Shown here: positions 24,444 to 37,745 of the stretch, in pieces
Layout of the letters: the number at the start of each line of letters is the position of its first letter
How positions within the stretch are numbered: position 1 is the stretch's first letter
Notes under the pieces: model-generated
What the model was told of the DNA's origin: nothing
What the model saw: the letters and a program-made list of their open reading frames with translations, nothing else
Databases searched by the model: none
Made by a program: the position numbers and the translations under genes
Assembly: GCA_951406725.2 (NCBI GenBank)
Contig: OX597818.1
Location: forward strand, 100,316,001 to 100,380,000
Reading direction: 5' to 3'
Origin: Octopus vulgaris
Taxonomy: Eukaryota
DNA length: 64,000 nucleotides

Positions 24444-24487
24444 ACACAACGTTTCAGCTGATATATCCTCCAGCCTTCATCAGGTGT
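24444..24487 (-). ncRNA. Minimal type I hammerhead ribozyme motif
   Basis: Reverse complement ACAC-CTGATGA-A-GGCTG-GAGGATATAT-CAGCT-GAAAC-GT-T-GTGT; canonical core, stem III reduced to palindromic ACGT. Confidence 0.7.
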
Positions 24488-24539
24488 CTTGGGGAAATTT
24501 CAAAACTGGGTACTTTCGCGTTCAAATGCACGTTCCCAC

Positions 24540-24718
24540 GGCTTTATCAATCGCATTCTCAACTGGAATCGATTTTTGTAATTTTTTCAAGTCTTATACA
24601 CGCCCTGATACCGTCGGTATCTACATATCAAATTTGAGCGCAATCGGATGGAGGATGCCCGAGATCTTAGAAGACACATACACAGACAGACAGAACGGAT
24701 TTTATATAATAGAAGATA
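24540..24718 (-). mobile_element. Helitron-like 5' terminal fragment
   Basis: Reverse complement starts ATCTTCTATTATATAAAATCCGTTCTGTCTGTCTGTG, a TC-start Helitron-type terminus. Confidence 0.5.
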
Positions 24719-25736
24719 ACAAAACAGAGTTTGTATGTGCGTGCGTGCGCACGCGTATTTATTTTATGGATTCGAAAACTGAGTTGCCGAATCTGACGTA
24801 TGAGGTATCAAAAGACTTAATAATCTATCGACTACGAAATATAGTATGTGTTTTTTGCACAGCACCACTTTTTCACTACAAAAATAACCTCAGAAACGAG
24901 ATCGGGTCGCACTATTGTGAGGTCTTTAGATAAGGGATGCGACTTTGTTTGAACAATATTTGTCTTACATAGAGAACAATGATAAAGTGTTTAAAATACA
25001 TGGAGTTTTACCAAGAAGTGAAACTTCGAAGATATACCGTCAAATCTATTATAATAATTTAGTAGATAATCTTTTAACGTGAAGAATATTTGTTTGTGTT
25101 TGGTTTAGCCCAGAGTTACCTCTCATGTAGCAAACCCATTGTATACATTTTCTTGCTTCTTGAAATTCTGTAAATCTGTGTTTATCTTTTTATGAAAGAT
25201 TATGTTTTAAGAGAGATTTGTCTGCTATCTGTGCCTCAAGTTACCACAGAAAATCATAATGTGTGGATATGTGTGCCTGTGTGTTTTGCTGTGGTGAAAA
25301 GAACACAATTTCTCAGATTTTACATAAAAATTTTTTAAGAGGCCTGGATATCTTTCTTAATGCTAACCATTCAACTGCAAATTACAATCGTCAATTGTTG
25401 CAAGTTAGATAGACTTATATGTACATATAGTGTTATCGTATAGAGCGGAAGTTCAATGCGATTATTTGAACTCATTAACTTGTGGTTAGTGATCAATTTC
25501 CGTAAATTTGAAGCCATTGTGATTTTTAACATTATTTTACTGGCTTTAGTCATTCGGCTGTCACCACGATGGAGTATTTCCTTTAAAAATTTAATTGATC
25601 ATACTGACTTCAGTACGAATTTCAATCTGGTATTTATTTTATAGAATTCTGTTTGACGAACTGCTAATTCCGAGACATAGAAGGGCACTATATTCGATTT
25701 AACAACAATTGTAAACGCACACACACACACATATAT

Positions 25737-25890
25737 TAGGTACGAGAATAACTTTGTGATTGGTGCGTTTACCTCCCAACCACATGGTTCCGTGTTCAGT
25801 CCCTTTGCGTTGGTACCTTGGGCAAGTGTTTTCTACTATAGCGCTACGCCAACCACAGGATTGTGACTGAGTTTGGTAAACGGAAACTGC
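25737..25890 (+). mobile_element. SINE family B, 5' part, diverged
   Basis: AACCACATGGTTCCGTGTTCAGTCCC...CTTGGGCAAGTGT. Confidence 0.75.
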
Positions 25891-26045
25891 AGTGTTGTTC
25901 ATCAGAAAATGTCCGAAAAACATGTTTATAGAGAAAGTCGTTTCCTTCAACCTCCTCGTGTGCTGATTCTGCCCATAACAAGGGAGCAAATAATGCAATG
26001 TGGCTGCTGGTTGCAACACCCAGGAAACAACAGGATATATTGCTA

Positions 26046-26087
<42 letters not shown>

Positions 26088-26148
26088 CGCTAAACACTAT
26101 GCCTTTTTTAATTTTCTCTGCCTTTATTTTTTTATTTTTTCTGTGTTC

Positions 26149-26184
26149 CTTTCTGTGGAAGGGCGTAGGCTCGAAACGTAAAAG
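26149..26184 (+). ncRNA. Minimal hammerhead-like motif (CUGUGGA core variant)
   Basis: CTTT-CTGTGGA-A-GGGC-GTAG-GCTC-GAAAC-GT-A-AAAG. Confidence 0.55.
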
Positions 26185-26442
26185 ACTTTCTCACTTCCCG
26201 AGCGTCAAACTAATACATCAGTTTGTTGGTTACACACCCGTCTTCGTCTTTTGTTTCTTTGTAAATTCTCACCATATGTATATATATATATATTACATTA
26301 AGAAAATGAAGAAACACATTAGTTGGTTTATCAGCCTTAGGATATTAGAATGTTGCCTTATTTAATTATCAAAACCACAACCATAATAACATACATATAT
26401 GCAGTATAAAATTCAATACATTTAAGATAAGAATACAAGTAG

Positions 26443-26483
<41 letters not shown>

Positions 26484-26569
26484 GCGAGAATTCACTACTA
26501 AAAAAAAAAAGACAGGTGGTGTAGACAAGAAACAGATGTAGTAGTTTAACAGTCGAGAAGTGAAGAAGA

Positions 26570-26605
26570 CTTTAACGTTTCAAGCCTACGCTCTTCCACA
26601 GAAAG
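26570..26605 (-). ncRNA. Minimal hammerhead-like motif (CUGUGGA core variant)
   Basis: Reverse complement CTTT-CTGTGGA-A-GAGC-GTAG-GCTT-GAAAC-GT-T-AAAG. Confidence 0.55.
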
Positions 26606-27467
26606 AAACAAGGAGAGAAAATGAGGAATATATATATATATATATGCCCTGGACATGGATGTGTTTATGATTGTGAAACTGATATGAAAATATGTGCACG
26701 CCTGCTACCTCATCAGCAACAAATCAGATTACTAGTAGATAATATCTTTCTCTATCTATTCACTCGTATTTGAATTTTGAAATATGCGACAAGGGAGCAA
26801 TGCTGAAGAACACTAATAAGCTAAATTTTAAGAAATAAATTTCAAAAAGAATACTCAAATCAACGGATTTACTACTTAAACAAGAGACAAAATTAGGTTA
26901 CCAAAAAGCAACATATTTAGATTTCTTTTGAGCGAAATTTATAAGAGAGAGTTGCCTGAAAATGAAAGAAAGCAGGCTTATTGCAATTATATATAATATA
27001 TATGAATAGTAAACGGAGGAAAAATATAAAACAACAGAAAAAGAAAATCAAGCTACACATTGTCGCAGTGAATATTTATTCTTTATCATTTCCGGGTATG
27101 AACGGCTTTTTTGCTATTCAAGCATTTATAAACATCTACACGTGTCAGCATGTTAACAAAATAGCGAAGATCGTCGTAACAGAAATTTACAGTCTTTATA
27201 TGAAACCAATGATACGATATGTTCATATCTGTAATATATTTTATTAATTTCTAGAGCAAATCTCTTTTGCGAGTTCATTTTAAATCCTATTTTATTTTTA
27301 GGTTCGGTGAAACAAAGTGCACATTTTAAAGTACGTTAAACCTGAAATGAAGTTTAATCGTGTTGTTGATATTTCTACTCTTTCCGTATATTTCCGCTTC
27401 TAACAACAGGATGTATATTAACTGTTCATTTCTTTTGCGATTCCCATCGTTCTCTTTTGATGGCATG

Positions 27468-27539
27468 TCATGCTTCTCGTGCATCAATAGCTTCATGAAT
27501 ACTTGGCTCAGAGAAACGCCTAAGTTCCTGGAAAGGATG
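27468..27539 (-). CDS. Tentative terminal coding exon of an unidentified host gene ([23 protein letters not shown])
   Basis: TTCAG acceptor at 27540-27544, 24 codons to TGA, AATAAA about 170 nt downstream (~27291-27296); non-repetitive sequence. Confidence 0.35.
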   Translation of the reverse strand, partial: HPFQELRRFSEPSIHEAIDAREA

Positions 27540-27545
27540 CTGAAT

Positions 27546-27790
<245 letters not shown>

Positions 27791-27944
27791 GTCATTTCCA
27801 CATATACAACTTGGATGCGTTTTAAAAACATCTTCCTTTAAATTTTACTTACATATAACATTATTGCTTGAAGAATCTTGTTTCGTTGCATATATATATA
27901 TATGCGCGCGTGTGTGTATGTATGTATGATTAAGCACAGACATA

Positions 27945-28400
<456 letters not shown>

Positions 28401-28409
28401 ATTGCTGGA

Positions 28410-28575
28410 GATTTTCTTTCCTCCGCCTTTTTTTTCTGTTAGACTTTCCTCTGTTTCTGAAGAAGAACTTTGCTTGAAACGTTAAACCATCTTTCTTTCC
28501 TTCCTTGAGCGTCTGCTATTACATTACATGTACCACGTCCTCGCGTTGTTGTTTTTGTGTTTGTTCTTTGTTTTC
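28410..28575 (+). mobile_element. PLE-like terminal repeat with minimal hammerhead motif (28453-28487)
   Basis: GTTT-CTGAAGA-A-GAAC-TTT-GCTT-GAAAC-GT-T-AAAC, followed by the CCACGTCCTCGCGTTGTT terminus shared with 17810, 33790, 46160 and 46470. Confidence 0.6.
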
Positions 28576-28588
28576 TATATATATATAT

Positions 28589-28669
<81 letters not shown>

Positions 28670-29247
28670 TGTGTGTGTGTGTGTGTATAAAAGCTTATAT
28701 GGATATAGGACGTCACCAACAATAAACAACATAGAATACGAAAACAAATAAGTTCAATACGCAAATAACGAGAGAAATAAATGGCAAACAGGACAAGTAA
28801 CACAAAGAACGACCCTTCACCAGTTGTCGGCTGTCTTTCCACTCCTTATTTCGAGCATTGAAGGACAATATGTACCAAAATAAAATTTGGGATTTATGGC
28901 AGGACATTGAAAGCATAAATGGAAACCGAGCCAAAACAAACATGCAAGGTCGTTAGACCGGAACGAGGATAAAATAGTGAACGCTGGAGAAATATTTTCT
29001 TTGAGAAGAGAAAAGACAGAAGAGAGAGATAGGAAAGTCCAGTTCTTAGGACAGTCCTGAAAGAAAAGAAAGATGATAACGCGAGGAAAAGAAAGATGGA
29101 CGATGATCACGTGTGAGCAACGAAAAAGGGTGAGAGAGAGAGAGAGAGAGAGAGAGAAAAATGGTGAATGGGAGAAAAAGGGAACTAGACAAAAAGATGA
29201 GTGGGAGAAAAAAGAATGAGAAAACGATGAGGGAGAAAACAGAATAA

Positions 29248-29294
<47 letters not shown>

Positions 29295-29361
29295 CAACGG
29301 AAGCAGTATTAGTACCATAGTATCAAAAGGTAATCGAACGAAACATGGATACTTCATTAGA

Positions 29362-29411
<50 letters not shown>

Positions 29412-30531
29412 TAAGAGAGAGAGATAAATAGATATAGATATTTATACAATATATGTGCGTACATACAAGCATCATGTTATATGTGCATGCATATGAATCT
29501 CCAGTATGTGTACATGTATACATAAATGAAGAAATATTCAATGCTAGTTGCAGATGGTAGCATTGTCAGTAATATATTAATTTCAAGATAAACAAGGAGA
29601 CTGCAATTAAAAGCCGTATTACGTAAATAACATCAGGGAAATTCGCAAGACACCCTAAAGCACTCACACACACAGACACACACACACACAGAAACACACA
29701 CACACACACACATGTGCAGGTACACACACATTCACACCCCAAAAGTAAAACAGTACCTATAGTGGATATTAATACACTCACAGTTGTGAGCTACGAATTA
29801 TTAATCAATTTAAATTACACGCTTTGGAGGGCAAACATATGATTATCAGAATGATTAACTGAAAGAAAAGAAATTTTGGAGGAATATCCTCGGAAATATA
29901 AGTGTTATTAATTGAATCGCAAGGACAGTAAATATGCAGAGATTGCGGAGCTAGCTGATTATAAAGGCCCTCGTTCTTGACTGAAACATTATCTTAAGGA
30001 TTTCAATAGCATAGAAATTTGAAGTTTACCTCGAAGCCATTTGAACGCAGAATGCATATATCCGGTTCAATTGCATCAAGGTATGAATTTCTGTTGATCT
30101 AAAATTTCTGACAATCTACCGCCCTACATTTCTTATTATTTATTCGCAACTCAAAGCTACTGATCTGGCAGAATCATTATGGTGTCGGATAAAAATATTT
30201 AATTTGCTTTCCGATTTTACATTCTGAGTTCAAATATTGCTGGGGTTGACTTTACATTTTATAATTTCGAATCCGATAAAATAAATAGCAGTTAAACACT
30301 TCGGTCAATATAATATTCTAGCCCATCCAACACAATTTCAAGCTTTCTCTGTATACTAAAAAAAAAAAATACTAATTAAATAACTTGTGAAAAAGTAGTA
30401 ATTTTCAATGTTTACATGGCTACAGAGATCTTAGCATTAGACAAATACTTCTCATCAAATAACCCCGAGGGATGAAAGGTGAAGCTGAACTGGAGGGAGA
30501 ATTGATTTCAGAATGTAAAGATCCTGCACAT

Positions 30532-30925
30532 ATAGGCGTGTTGTAAGTAGCTTACTTACCAACCACATGGTTCTGGATTCAGTCCCACTGCGTGGCACTT
30601 TGGGCAAGTGTATTCTACAATAGCCTCGGGCCGACCAAAGCCTTGTGAGTGGATTTGGTAGACGGAAACTGAAAGAAGCCCGTCGTATATATGTATGCAT
30701 ATATATACATGTATGTATATGTTTGTGTGTCTGTGTTTGTCCCCCCAACATCGCTTGACAACCGATGCTGGTGTGTTTACGTCCCCGTCAGTTAGCGGTT
30801 CGGTAAGAGAGGCCGATAGAATAAGTAGGAGGCTTACAAAGAATAAGTCCTGGGGTCGATTTTCTCGACTAAAGGCGGTGCTCTAGCATGGCCGCAGTCA
30901 AATGACTGAAACACATAAAAGAATA
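30532..30925 (+). mobile_element. SINE family B
   Basis: Near full-length match to other copies. Confidence 0.9.
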
Positions 30926-31139
30926 CAAGAAAGAAAATTTCATAAGAAAGTTTTTACTGACACTACAAATTTTCCCAACACACTCACTAAAAAGTACATA
31001 TTTGAAATTAAGTAAAATTTTGAATGTCGTTCTGATGTTTGAATTTCCTATGAATACTCTATGAGTGTTTCCATGTAATTAGTGGTAATTAGCAAAAAGC
31101 AATTTGACTGCTATAGGCGATGATGACAAAGTAGACAAA

Positions 31140-31860
31140 GTAGACAGAAGTATGTCACTTCGTCTCTTGTATATGCAGGTCACAGTGCATTTGTGAGCAG
31201 ACAGCTCACTGCTTCAAATTTTCTATTCTTATACTGCAAGTTGTTTTTACGTCCCCGTCAGTTAGCGGTTCAACCAACTTTTATATTGTACTTAGATCCC
31301 GCTGCAACGTTGAGACATCGCCAGAGTTCCTTATTGCTTGTGATAATTTTTGATTCATCCGTGTATCTGGTGACAGTGGCTGTCTGAGTGACTGTATAAG
31401 AGAGCCTAAATAAACAGTAATGTCACCAAAATATTTCCTAGCGGGTGCTAATGAGAATTTGTATTTTCCAAGACAAACCACAATTGGTTGCAACTGCCTT
31501 ATGTTATCTTCTAAGAAGTCATGTAGCCACTCACCCAGTTTATATTTTATGCCCAGCGCTTGCAGGCGGTCATTTATCATGCCACGATCCTTCACGTAGC
31601 ACCTTCTTCAAAACTCAAACATAATACCTTAAGAGCTACGTGAGGTAGCTTCTTCCTGGACGAAAACCATCGTGTGTATCACTCGGCAAGTAAACGTCAT
31701 GAATTTCCTTCTGACGATTCGTTTTATGTTCCTTATGATATAGACTTGTAGCTTTTAGCCTATACTTTGCTTCCGCCCATGGATTGGGCATACGATTCAG
31801 TTTAGCTTTATGGGAAGTTTACAACTAGCAGGGACACTTCCGAAAATTATTGGAAGTGCT
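31140..31860 (-). mobile_element. Degenerate CR1-group RT fragment
   Basis: GMINDRLQALGIKYKLGEWLHDFLED is similar to GMICHKLRDLNIVGKLGEWLHDFLKD of the 1-2742 element. Confidence 0.75.
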
Positions 31861-31914
31861 TTCGCTCACCCTCTCCTCCTAAACACACACACGCACGCAC
31901 GCACACATGTATGC

Positions 31915-32007
<93 letters not shown>

Positions 32008-32694
32008 TGTGTCTGCGCACACGCGTCAGTGAGTGCTGAAACGAATGAATATATGAATATAGCTCGAATCTCGGGAAACTGATTAGCAAATTATGCATTT
32101 TTTAAAAGAAAGTAAAAATTCTGAATATCGGCTATAATAATGTAGTTTTCTAGTCTTATTCCGTGAAAGTATGATTAAATGGGCTCATTTTGCGAATGAA
32201 ACTAACTAAATCCAATGGATCTCGACATATTTGGTTGAATTTATTTGTATTTAATAACAATTTGTTTGAGCTACACGTTACTTAAAGATATGCGAGTGGA
32301 GCCCATGTCGATCTCATTACCTGATTGGTAAGAGAATTTATTTCAGAAAATCTGAGGGTGTAGAAGGGTTCAATGCTCCACATTCACGTAAATAGATGAG
32401 TTAATTTTTTTACACTGTATATATGACCTCATGCATACACTGTAGCTGTCAACTGTTAAACGTGTATAACAATCTCCTATAAATTATTAATTCTTGATGT
32501 TAAAGATAATGGCTATAAGCAACTTTCACATCAATAACAGCTTCCACAACACTGCTAAGCTTCTGGCCTACACAGCCAAGTAGTTCACAAAAAAGCAAGG
32601 ACAAGATCTCCTGCTAGCTATGAGGTGGGTGTTAATTCAAAACTTCCTTCTAGAGAGATATCCAAACAAAGATTACACACTATATCACTCTCAC

Positions 32695-32820
32695 CAGTTG
32701 GATGTCCGCTGAGTTCATTGACCGTTTCACACGCTTTGATTTCGCCCTGCAGGGGGGTTCATACGAAAACCACAAACCCTTACGAAGCAGAGTTGGTAGA
32801 GCTGCCACTATAGTCGCCGA
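32695..32820 (-). CDS. Tentative internal coding exon (SATIVAALPTLLRKGLWFSYEPPCRAKSKRVKRSMNSADIQL)
   Basis: TTTTGTCGATCAG acceptor, 126 nt open in phase 0, GTGAGA donor; joins in frame to 27468-27539. Confidence 0.35.
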
Positions 32821-33199
32821 CTGATCGACAAAATAGCAGCTTGTGCTGGTCACATAATACTACAAGCAATAAGAGTGACGTGATGTATTGTCTACATATG
32901 CGTATATAGGTGTATGAGGGCGTGAATGAGTAACTGTATGAATTTATCGGTGCATGTGCATTGCTTGTATGTGTGCGTATGGGCTCCCATTACTTTATCG
33001 ATGATGACTGATGAAGTACAATTGAATACGAAAGAGAGTACTCAGCACTCAACATAGAGAAAATTTGCGAAAGGGAATTGGTCGTTCAAAGCTTTAGAAA
33101 TCGAATTAACTTTCTTCTGTTTCCAATCACTTTACGAATATGTATGTATGTATGTGTGTGTATGTATGCGTGTATATATATATATATATATATATATAT

Positions 33200-33430
33200 G
33201 TTTCTTTACTACCCACAAGGGGCTAAACACAGAGGGGACAAACAAGGACAGACAAACGGATTAAGTCGATTACATCGACCCGAGTGCGTAACTGGTACTT
33301 AATTTATCGACCCCGAAAGGATGAAAAGCACAGTCGACCTCGACGGAATTTGAACTCAGAACGTAATGGCAGAGGATATACAGCTACGCGTTTCGCCCGG
33401 CATGCTAACGTTTCTGCTAGCTCGCCGCCT
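33200..33430 (-). mobile_element. SINE family A
   Basis: Reverse complement of the family A sequence. Confidence 0.9.
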
Positions 33431-33687
33431 TATACTCTTCATATAATATATTACTGTTAGTGTTAGTGGTTGTGTTGGAGTTATTGATAGAAACGCATAT
33501 TTATACATGCACATTCATGTATACATATATGTGTGTGTATACATATGTGTGTGTGCGTATATATATATATATAAAACAGTGCTCCGGTATGTAAAGTGAC
33601 TGAAACAAGTAAAAGAGTAAATGAGTAAAAGAATATATATATGTGTGTGTACATACATTATATATATACACATATATGTGTATACAT

Positions 33688-33749
<62 letters not shown>

Positions 33750-33750
<1 letters not shown>

Positions 33751-33900
33751 AGTTATTCCAAACATGAAAACACAAAGAGGAAACACAACAACGCGAGGAC
33801 GTGGAATAAGTATAGTGTTATTGGACGTTCAGGAAAGGAAAGGAAGAAGAAGGATTTAACGTTATGAGCGGAGCTCTTCGTCAGAAACATAGGAAAAGGA
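33750..33900 (-). mobile_element. PLE-like terminal repeat with degenerate hammerhead (33855-33887)
   Basis: Reverse complement TTT-CTGACGA-A-GAGC-TCC-GCTC-ATAAC(mutated GAAAC)-GT-T-AAA. Confidence 0.55.
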
Positions 33901-33970
33901 ATAAAATTTAATGGACATATAGCGGTACGTAAGCCGACTCGAGAAATCCCTAGTCAGACATTTTATTCAC

Positions 33971-34012
33971 GTACCTGAAGAGGCCCAGAACGGCTCGAAA
34001 CATCTGCTGTAC
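33971..34012 (+). ncRNA. Degenerate hammerhead-like motif
   Basis: GTAC-CTGAAGA-GGCC-CAGAAC-GGCT-C-GAAAC-ATCT-GC-T-GTAC; U16.1 position altered. Confidence 0.45.
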
Positions 34013-34369
34013 ACAATAAAGTCTATTACACATTCCATCTCATATTTTATTAATACTGTTACCCCAAACGCTACTACGAAGTTCCTGCAGTAAATCTACA
34101 GATAACAAAATGCAATCGAAACTGTGCTGGTGCTTTACTCATCATCTATTTATGCATTTTGTAGAATTTCTCCATTATATATATATACACATATACATAT
34201 ATATATATATAACTGTGTGTGTTTCCTCCTAAGCTACTGGTTGACAGCAAGCAGTTCGGCAAACGGGACCGGCGGAATAAATATAAATATAAAAATTTAA
34301 CAATATACTGTGGGTCGATTTGTTTGCTTAAACCGTACAAGGAGGTGCTGCAACACGAACAAAGTGCAA

Positions 34370-34912
34370 TTATTCTTTTCTACTGTAGGCACAAGACCCA
34401 GAATTTTTGGGGAGTATCCAGTCAATTAGATCGACCACAGTACGCATCTGGTATTTAAATGATCGATTCGAATGGATTGAGGCCAAAGTCGACCTCAGCG
34501 GAATTTGAACTCGGAACGGAAAGACAGACGAAATACCTTGACGCATTTCGCCTGGCGTGCTAAAGTTTCTTATTTCATTATTGCTCACAAGGGTTCTAAA
34601 AATAGAGGGGACAAACAAGGACAGACAAAGGGATTAAGTTGATTACATCGACCCCAGTGCATAACTGGTACTTAATTTATCGACCTCAAAAGGAAGAAAG
34701 GCAAAGTCGACCTCGGCGGAATTTGAACCCAGAATGTAACGACAGACAAAATAACCTGTTTCTTTACTACCCACAAGAGGCTTATTTAATCGACCCTGAA
34801 AGGATGAAAGGCAAAGTCGATCTAGGCGGAATTTGAACTCTGAACGTAGCAGCAGACAAAATACCGCTGAGCATTTCGCCCTGCGTTCTACTGTTTCTGC
34901 CAGCTCCCCGTC
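34370..34912 (-). mobile_element. SINE family A multimer (3 partial units)
   Basis: Repeated AAAGGCAAAGTCGACCTCGGCGGAATTTGAAC blocks at ~34485, 34700 and 34810. Confidence 0.8.
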
Positions 34913-34946
34913 TTCCAAAGTGCAGTTATTGAAAAAATAATAAAAA

Positions 34947-34974
<28 letters not shown>

Positions 34975-34980
<6 letters not shown>

Positions 34981-35482
34981 AAACTGTAGTTGTGTGAGTG
35001 TCTGTCTCCTACGATTTAGATTCCTAACTCCTCCCACATTTTGCGGTGCAGTTTAACCAAATTCGGGTATCTTATAGTCGTGATTAATATCGAGCCCGTC
35101 TGGTTATTAGCGCGCGTCTACGATGAGTCTACGATTTTAAAAATAATTTAACATCATTTTTTATTCCATTTTAATGCATAATTTTTCGTGTGTCGATGGC
35201 GGCGGAGTTGGCGTCCACGCTCAAACACCTGCACCTGTGTTTGCTTCTCCCCCTTCTTCCCTCCCTCGTGAAGCTGTGGGGAAGGGAGTTTAAGGAAATC
35301 AACGTCGTAATGCGTTGTCAAGGAGACCAGCGTTCTTTTAGAACAACGACTTCATGGCTTGAAGACACCAAAACAGAAATGGCTAAGAAAGCCCGAATTG
35401 GCATCTATAAAGGAAGTAACTCTCTAAAAATGCTTATATAGTTATTTCCCTTACAAACCCGAGCAACGCCGGGTGATACTGC

Positions 35483-35487
<5 letters not shown>
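34975..35487 (+). mobile_element. Non-autonomous Helitron-like element
   Basis: Starts at (TA)n AAAACTGTAGTTGTGTGAGTGTCTGTC; ends in hairpin CCCGAGCAACGCCGGG plus TGATACTGCTAC (degenerate CTAG). Confidence 0.6.
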
Positions 35488-35520
<33 letters not shown>

Positions 35521-35521
<1 letters not shown>

Positions 35522-35748
35522 GGAGTAAACACATAAATGTGAAACAAGGTGGAAAAAGAGTACTCAAATACCAGTGGTAGAGTAATATGCTTTATTTAAA
35601 GCAGCAGAAAATTCAACAAAACCTGTGTTACTCTGAGTTTCCCGTTGCCGTTCATCGGACAGCTTTTGCTAGCAAAAACTGTCCGATGAACGGCAGCGGG
35701 AAACTCAGAGTAACAGGTTTTGTTGAATTTTCTGCTGCTTTAAATAAA

Positions 35749-35749
<1 letters not shown>
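35521..35749. mobile_element. Palindromic element (35590-35749) with two divergent hammerhead motifs
   Basis: ~80-bp arms with no spacer, centre 35670/35671; plus arm CTGT-CCGATGA-ACG-GCAG-CGG-GAAAC-TCAGA-GTA-ACAG (35679-35716), mirror copy at 35622-35662. Confidence 0.7.
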
Positions 35750-35784
<35 letters not shown>

Positions 35785-35889
35785 TATGTTTATCGTCAGC
35801 ATGGAAAATTCGTTGAACCGAACCTGGGTAGCAAATTCACGTCAGAAACACGTGTTTCAACCGTGTCTCTGGCGTTAATTATTTATATA

Positions 35890-35939
<50 letters not shown>

Positions 35940-36575
35940 CTGGTGGTGCCACAGCCTTAGAGCTGAAACATATAAAAAAATAAAACATATGTATACATAT
36001 ACACATATACATATAGATACTTGCTGATATATATTTATATATATATATACTCACACACTCAAACATGTGTGTAGAGCGAGTTAGAGAGAGAGATAGTGTG
36101 TTGTGCTGTGTGCGTTATATATATCTGACATGCATTTTTATATCTGCATGCTTGATGTCGTAGTGTGTGCGTTTCTTGTATATTGAGAATGCTGTGCAAA
36201 CCGCAATCAGACACATATCTGGATCGACCGATCGTTGACTGGATTGATGCATGCACTTATACACGTCCTCACATACACACAACACACATACTGGCATGCA
36301 CACATACACACACACGAGCACACATACACGCAAAACAAACACATAGACATGCACGCATTTTATGAATATTTTCATGTGTATGTGAGTTTAATAAATAATT
36401 AGATATAGAATGAGACTGAGAGAGGAAGAAATAGCGGTTGAGTTTGAGAGTGTGTGTGTGAGAGAGAGAGAGAGAGTGAGTGACAAAAGGGAGAGAGAGA
36501 GAGAGAGAGAGAATGATGGAAGAGAAAGTGCGAATGAGTGACAGAGAGAGAGAAGGAGAGAGAGAAAAGTAAGTT

Positions 36576-36616
<41 letters not shown>

Positions 36617-37286
36617 GTGTAAGGGAGGGGGTACAGATTGGTACATTGTTAAAAATACAGATAGATAGCTTGATGGATAAATTATACTAGACAGAAAGAT
36701 CGATTGATAGATCAATAAGCAAATGGAGAAGAGGGAAAGATGGATCAATACCTAGGCTAATGGTAAAAAAAAATATAACAACCGAAACAAAAAAAAAAGG
36801 AAAAAAAAAGAAAAATAATAATAAAAAACAAGACTGCTTAAACGTTGTCAGGTAATACCGCTTCTTCGAATGTACTGGGTGTAAAACAGAATTCTTTCTT
36901 TAGCATCCCTCGACTCTCACACCTGATTGCTCATATCCTACGTGTTGCCTTAACACTGGTTTTTCGGTCTCGCTCAACGCAACGTGTAGAAACCATTTAT
37001 ATTAAAGCCTTACATTTCAGTATCGAGTGACATCAGGGATGAGACCTGAACCAAATATCTCGTATGGTTTTGCTTGAAATGTTTAGTCGTCTATTTTCAT
37101 TCTTCTATTTCTATTTCATCCCGAGTATCTGAGTATCTGTCACTTCTTTCATTCATTCATTTATTCTCTCTCTCTCTTTCTCTCTCTCTGTCTTCTCTCT
37201 TCCTCTCATCTCTGTGTCTTTGTCTCTCACTCACTCGCTATCTCTCTCTTCCGCTCTGTCTCTCTTCATAAAGGTATACATATTTA

Positions 37287-37745
<459 letters not shown>

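Noticed and set aside
35790-35865. GAAACACGTGTTTC palindrome with a CTGACGA ~45 nt away (type II hammerhead order); similar GAAA...CTGNNGA order at 17995-18030 and 28815-28855
   Set aside because: Stems I and II could not be paired, so no valid hammerhead fold.
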